DNA of 64,000 bases from an uncultured virus (IMG/VR IMGVR_UViG_3300048008_000607) (Duplodnaviria; Heunggongvirae; Uroviricota; Caudoviricetes; Crassvirales). The first letter of the stretch is position 1. Each line of letters starts with the position of its first letter. The stretch lies in the IMG/VR virus record IMGVR_UViG_3300048008_000607. One strand, written 5' to 3'. The notes below the pieces were generated by a model, which did no database searches, was not told where the DNA came from, and saw nothing but the letters and a program-made list of their open reading frames with translations. Shown here piece by piece: positions 59,701 through 64,000 of the stretch. Both the position numbers and the translations under genes were made by a program.

Positions 59701-62377
59701 CTGTTTCTTCAAAAACTTGTTGCTCTTCTTTATTGGGCAATAACTTTTTAGCTTCATCAATTGCTTTTTTTAGCGCTTTTGCAAAATTACCAGTGGCTTT
59801 AAAGGCTAATTTGAATGATTTTAAGAATGTTTTTGCTAATGCAATGGCAAGTTCAGGAATAATTAAAGAAACATATAAAGTATCATTATTTTTTTGAAGT
59901 TTATCTAAATAGTCAATAGCTCTATCAATTTTTTCAGATATAATTTCAATAAAGTTACTTGGAACTTCTTGCCCTTGTAACTCTTGAATAGCTTTAAACT
60001 TTTCAACAACTTCAGGTTTTGATAACGATGTAAGCACATTATCTAATCCAATTTCATCAGCTAAAATTTTTGCTAATGAAGTTTTACGAGCACCTTTAAC
60101 ACTTCCGGGTGCGTTTAAAAAATATTTTAAAAATTCAGCTTTACTTATATAACGTTTTTTAAATACCTTTTTTCCTTCTGCTGTTTTTTCTCGTAACTGT
60201 TTGCCAGTTTTAGGATCTAATACAGGCTCATTAAATTCTTTAAAGTTACGATTTATAGTTTCTTGCGGTATTGCTGGATATATTTTTTCAAAGTTATCTC
60301 TAAGAAATTGTTCATACGCAGCTGTTCTACCAAACACTTTTTTAAATGTATTTGTTAATTCATTTCTAAATCCGGTAGTAAGAGCTTGTTTAAACTTTTT
60401 ATCAGTAACAGCGGGTAATTTAGTTCCTAATGTTTTTTCTACAGCAGCAACCACTTCGTTCTGTGTATCTTCAGATAAGTTAAGATCTTTAGCAAGCTCA
60501 GTCTTTATTTCTTGCTTTGCTTGTTCTTTAACTTCCATCTGTGTATCAGCAGCTGTTGTATCGGTAACTCCTTTAGCTTCTGTAACATCTAACTCAAAAT
60601 CTGTTTTAAGATTTCTTTGTGCTGCTTCAATACCTCTAGTGGCTGCAAACTTATTTACATAAGCAGATAAAGGAACTTTTGTATCAGGTTTGTAAGAATT
60701 AATTAAATCAAGAATACCACGTTGACCAGTAAGTATTTCATCAACCATAAGGTCCATTTCAAATCCTGGTACATTTCTATATTTAGATGCTATACGCTTA
60801 GCCATTGGGCGATAAAGTTCTAATATTTCTGCGATACCCTCTTTGCCTTTATCTTCGTATAATTTATTTACTTTTTGTGCTTGCTTATTACCTTTATCTT
60901 GTAAATTTTCTTTAACCCCTTGTATTCTATTTTTAGCTTTTATATATTCAGCTTTATATCCTTCTGTAGCTAAAGCATATTCCTCTTCGGTAATTTTATT
61001 TTTATTTTTCTTTTCTTTAAGATCGTTAAATCTTTTTACTTGCAGTTTAGCTAAATCATCAAGATTATTAATATCATTAATATCTTTGTCAGAAGCAAAA
61101 TCAAAAATAGCATTACCTTTAATTATTCTATTTTTAAGTCGCTCTTCAACTTCTGATATTTTATTTTCAATTCCTTTTTTTGCAGTTTTATCTAAAACAC
61201 CTCTTAACTTAGTATTAAGATTAGAAAGTTCATCTATATCACTTTCAATTCCTTTAATATCCTCAGGAGCTCTTCCTAAAGAAATAGCATTTCTTACGTC
61301 TTTATTACCTAAACCACTAAATCCAGCACCGCCAATAAACCCTTGTACACCAGCTTCCCAAGTATCTTGTTCTGTAAAAGCTTCTGCAAATCTAGCTGCA
61401 GTTTGTCCAACATCATCTGTTTTACCGTATGTTTGTTGTGCTTTTTCTAGTGCGGTTTGAATCACTTCAGTACCACTTTCAGCAGCGCCTGCTAAAATAA
61501 AATTACTTAATTTACGCATTGCGGCTCCAGTAAGTTGTTTACTTGCAGCACTAGCAACTTTACCTAACCCTATTGTTTCTGCAGCGGCCATTGCGGAAGA
61601 AAAAACTAAAGGAGTTAGAACTTCATCTTTACCACTATTAACTAATTCTTCTAAAGGTATGTTTAATCTTTTTGCTTTTTCTTCGTTTATTGATATATAT
61701 GAATCGCCAAAAAAATCTGTACCAATCATTAAACCAGCACCTACTTTACCACCTAATAAGAATCCGGCACCCCCTTCTATTAAGGACGGTACAAAAGAAG
61801 TAGCAGCATTGAATATCCCTCCTGCAATATCACTTATATCACCTTCTTTAAATCCTTCAATTATTTCACCAGTTTCTTTTGATTTTGCCTGAGACTCTTG
61901 TATTTTATTAATTGCTTCAATTTTGTCTTCTTCTGAAAGTCCTTCAGTCCAAAAAGAATCTTCACCTGCATATTCTACAAATTTATTTATATTTTCATCA
62001 CCAAATATTTTTCTATATATCATTCCTGATGTTAGATTAATTTTTGGAGAAATTTGTTTAATACGCTCAACCATATTATTTAATGAATTGGCTACGCTTT
62101 CAGAAAAAGTAATATCTTCTTTTTCAGGATTATTATATGATATAGTTAAATCTAATAATTGCTTATTTAGATTTCCAAGTGAGTCCGAAGAAGGCATTCC
62201 CAAGGCTAAGTCCATATTTACGGGTGCTACATCGCTGCCCACAATCGCACCCTGAACCGTGGGAGGCAGCTTTACTTCTTGTTCGATAACAGCAGAAGGA
62301 AATTTATTTAAAAAAGCATTTGTTTGATCTTCTGGTATATTATACTTTTTTCCGTTTGGTAATGTGTATATAGGCAT
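56780..62377 (-). CDS. Giant putative internal virion (ejection) protein with an embedded sigma-like domain
   Basis: 1865 aa; helical, G/A-rich hydrophobic segments and a C-terminus typical of podophage ejected proteins; sigma70 region-2-like segment at aa 518-588. Confidence 0.65.
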   Translation of the reverse strand: MPIYTLPNGKKYNIPEDQTNAFLNKFPSAVIEQEVKLPPTVQGAIVGSDVAPVNMDLALGMPSSDSLGNLNKQLLDLTISYNNPEKEDITFSESVANSLNNMVERIKQISPKINLTSGMIYRKIFGDENINKFVEYAGEDSFWTEGLSEEDKIEAINKIQESQAKSKETGEIIEGFKEGDISDIAGGIFNAATSFVPSLIEGGAGFLLGGKVGAGLMIGTDFFGDSYISINEEKAKRLNIPLEELVNSGKDEVLTPLVFSSAMAAAETIGLGKVASAASKQLTGAAMRKLSNFILAGAAESGTEVIQTALEKAQQTYGKTDDVGQTAARFAEAFTEQDTWEAGVQGFIGGAGFSGLGNKDVRNAISLGRAPEDIKGIESDIDELSNLNTKLRGVLDKTAKKGIENKISEVEERLKNRIIKGNAIFDFASDKDINDINNLDDLAKLQVKRFNDLKEKKNKNKITEEEYALATEGYKAEYIKAKNRIQGVKENLQDKGNKQAQKVNKLYEDKGKEGIAEILELYRPMAKRIASKYRNVPGFEMDLMVDEILTGQRGILDLINSYKPDTKVPLSAYVNKFAATRGIEAAQRNLKTDFELDVTEAKGVTDTTAADTQMEVKEQAKQEIKTELAKDLNLSEDTQNEVVAAVEKTLGTKLPAVTDKKFKQALTTGFRNELTNTFKKVFGRTAAYEQFLRDNFEKIYPAIPQETINRNFKEFNEPVLDPKTGKQLREKTAEGKKVFKKRYISKAEFLKYFLNAPGSVKGARKTSLAKILADEIGLDNVLTSLSKPEVVEKFKAIQELQGQEVPSNFIEIISEKIDRAIDYLDKLQKNNDTLYVSLIIPELAIALAKTFLKSFKLAFKATGNFAKALKKAIDEAKKLLPNKEEQQVFEETAKKTFTKPEDIADIETNEKFVKNLDVAISEVRARKIVENKIIELQKSKNLEDVINFMRYIGDPLKNGGFVVGNNSKELFEFVKSKNLISKEDLKRFKVTGKVNFTIFFDNKKLRELVKNSNPKTMTGKSGSFAKDPVKFTQYIKENLDDFDNQAEYNKKVVLDEITRLTFKNLKEDAKNLLQLWGSNTASDTPLRMMGKLRSYQKGVKEVTYEHTPPIATLREQLEKIIDNYKEGDSALDFTNAIKKVLDKSFVDLVQSRQKGKDLIPKTGNTVDRYNNILDVNKDLVYFKNDPNKKSLNRQFNEDILQKTTKVDWAKRFSPVEAKVVGKGKGKKFFIPYSADDFVGLLYATLGKGKVGDRQMEWYKENLLRPFSRGIQQYEAAKQKALRDWQVLKKEAKKDVPGGLGKRNATGLTNQDAVRIYIWATQGMDIPGTEGSPELVQQNLEIVKADKKLKAFADRLMALQPEGYPEPSDNWDSGDITTDIVSYINGVKRSEFLTEWKQNADEIFSDQNKEKLRALYGDTYVEALNDMLHRMRTGTNRKFGASKIEKQFMDWTNNSVGAIMFFNARSAVLQTLSAVNFINFSDNNPINAALAFGNFPQYVKDFTTLFNSDFLKQRRTGLQTDVNADEIARAAKGSKNTARAMLSALLKFGFTPTQIADSFAIASGGATMYRNRINKYLKEGLSQKEAESKAFTDFQEIAEETQQSARPDRISSQQASSLGRLILAFGNTPMQYARLTKKATLDLINGRGDWKTNISKIAYYSVIQNIIFSALQQGLFALLFDDEDDDKEKSRLFRIGNSSFDTLLRGIGVYGAAAATVKNMIIEIIEQSEKSRPDYTKIAIEATSLSPPINSKLRKLESAGKTFTYKQSKEKVFTEGFSLENPAFLAGGKVLSAATNLPADRIVQKADHLYTAMQSETELWQAIALSLGWSEWDLNMIEKQTKKSKKFNPRDTNRNINRTVKRKFKR

Positions 62378-62389
62378 ATTAAATTTTAT

Positions 62390-63940
62390 TTAACGTATTC
62401 CAGCTTGTTCTTTTTGTATTCTAATTCTAGCACTTTCTAATGTGCTTTTTTCATTTAATTGGTTTAATGTATCTGTAGTGTTTATTTCTTTTAATGTACC
62501 TTCAACATCAATGTTAGGGCTAATCTCATATTGGCTTTCATCAAATTCGGCATCAGTATCTTTTTCTGTATTAAACATGGTTAAACGATCATTAGCAGTG
62601 TATCCAAATAAATCTTTAATAAATTTATCAACTGCCATTCCTGGTGTTTCACCTATAATAAATGGTTTTTGTTTTCCATTTACTTCTATAACATATGCGT
62701 TAGGATTTAATAAATTTCCGTCGTTATCTGTTTGACTATTTTGATATATTTCAATACCAGGTATAGTGTTATTTGCGTACTCAATAAGAGATTTTGCCTG
62801 CGCCTCGTTTATTGGTTGAGCACTTAAAAATTTACTCACTGGCTTTAAAAACACTGAAGTAGTTTGTAACTCTTTTTGACGCATTAATTCATCAAATTGA
62901 TATTTAGTTAAATCCCCTTTACCTTTAGCTTGTTCAGCTTTAATTTTATTAACTCTATCGTATTCGGTTTTAAGATTAGATGATGTATTTAAAGCTATAC
63001 TTTTATATTGTTCTTTAACTCTATTAACAAAGTCTTCTGGTAAAGCAACATCTTTAAATGATTGTATATATTCATTTTCATCAATATCTCCATCATTATT
63101 TGCGTCAATAGCATCTTTACCTGTGAGTGTTTTAAACATAGGTGCTAATTCTCCAAAGGGTCCACCCATTTTTAAAAAATCTGTTGCTAATGAAAGTGCT
63201 TGCTTTGGTTGCATTTCAAGATTTCTAAAATAGTTATCAATCTTTTGTTCAAGATATGCGCTTTTTTCAGTATCTTCACCCCCAATAAACATCCCTTTAG
63301 ATGCTGCTTGTTCTGTAATGCCTATAATATCTTTTTCTATTTTATTATGAGCTTCATAATCTTTTGTAGTTAATTCAGGTAAATCATCAAAAGAAACCTC
63401 TTGACCTGTTGTATTACTTTTAAAATACATTTGGCCATCTTTAAATACTGGCTCACCATTTAATTGTACAATATCTTGTATCAATCCTTTTTCATCAGCC
63501 GTTAAAGAATCTGAAAAATCACCACTATCAGAAATATCTTTATAAGCCTGCGAATACTCTTTTATAGCATTAATAGAGCCTTGCATTTGTGCAATTTTTT
63601 TATTTTGATTAGATAAAGAATCCATATAATCAAATTGATTCATTGATCCTTTTTGACTAACTAATTGTCTATTTTCATCTTTAACAGATAAAGCTTGTTG
63701 GGTATACCAACCTCTCCATGCTTCAGGGACACCATCAGTTTGTAAAGCACCTAAGCTTTTATAGTCTTTAGCTTTTATTAATTCTTCTCTTTCTTTTTCT
63801 AATCTAAGTTTTTCAGCTTCGGCTTCTCTTTTCTGTTGAGCAGATTCAAAAGCTTGTACGCCTCTATCCACAGCATTACTTACACTGACATACCTATCAG
63901 CTGAAATTCCCGCGCCTCTTATTAATGCTAAATTTGCCAT
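62390..63940 (-). CDS. Putative internal virion protein
   Basis: 516 aa; helical; upstream of the giant protein; contains DANNDGDIDENE. Confidence 0.55.
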   Translation of the reverse strand: MANLALIRGAGISADRYVSVSNAVDRGVQAFESAQQKREAEAEKLRLEKEREELIKAKDYKSLGALQTDGVPEAWRGWYTQQALSVKDENRQLVSQKGSMNQFDYMDSLSNQNKKIAQMQGSINAIKEYSQAYKDISDSGDFSDSLTADEKGLIQDIVQLNGEPVFKDGQMYFKSNTTGQEVSFDDLPELTTKDYEAHNKIEKDIIGITEQAASKGMFIGGEDTEKSAYLEQKIDNYFRNLEMQPKQALSLATDFLKMGGPFGELAPMFKTLTGKDAIDANNDGDIDENEYIQSFKDVALPEDFVNRVKEQYKSIALNTSSNLKTEYDRVNKIKAEQAKGKGDLTKYQFDELMRQKELQTTSVFLKPVSKFLSAQPINEAQAKSLIEYANNTIPGIEIYQNSQTDNDGNLLNPNAYVIEVNGKQKPFIIGETPGMAVDKFIKDLFGYTANDRLTMFNTEKDTDAEFDESQYEISPNIDVEGTLKEINTTDTLNQLNEKSTLESARIRIQKEQAGIR

Positions 63941-63952
63941 ATTATTTTATTT

Positions 63953-64000
63953 TTATCCGCCTAGTTGTTTTATTTGAACATCAGGCATAGTTGCTCCTCC
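63953..64000 (-). CDS. 3' end of an upstream gene (partial)
   Basis: Open frame GGATMPDVQIKQLGG* running in from the window edge. Confidence 0.4.
   Translation of the reverse strand, partial: GGATMPDVQIKQLGG

Noticed and set aside
56780..63940. Virion RNA polymerase as in crAss-like phages
   Set aside because: No DxDxD catalytic motif in a polymerase-like context in the 1865-aa protein; DGDID in the 516-aa protein fits an EF-hand-like loop better.
1..64000. Stop-codon reassignment
   Set aside because: Genes are long and intact under the standard code; TAG and TGA end genes at tight junctions; no suppressor tRNA seen.

Overview
Most of an AT-rich lytic podovirus-like phage genome. It resembles the crAss-like/Cellulophaga-type phages, and the host is probably Bacteroidota (SD-less A-rich leaders, a signal peptide followed by Gln). 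A long minus-strand late/structural block runs 37500->1 and apparently continues 64000->55524. It encodes terminase, portal, scaffold, major capsid, ring/tail proteins, three fibre proteins, lysis genes, GroEL/GroES and internal virion proteins. A plus-strand block (37850-55343) holds many small early ORFs, a DnaA-C domain protein, an HTH protein, a sigma factor, ERF plus exonuclease, SSB, primase-helicase, a ThyA-like enzyme, MazG-like proteins, endonuclease I and NrdAB; no DNA or RNA polymerase is recognisable. Main leads: (1) a sigma70 region-2/3-like domain inside the 1865-aa putative ejected protein, together with eight copies of a non-host-like tripartite early promoter motif, suggesting a virion-delivered sigma factor; (2) a ThyA homologue with Asp at the E. 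coli Asn177 specificity position near MazG-like genes, suggesting cytosine modification; (3) a stem-rich intergenic RNA candidate; (4) a twice-occurring inverted-repeat operator/origin candidate. All family calls are motif recognition by eye; no searches were run.
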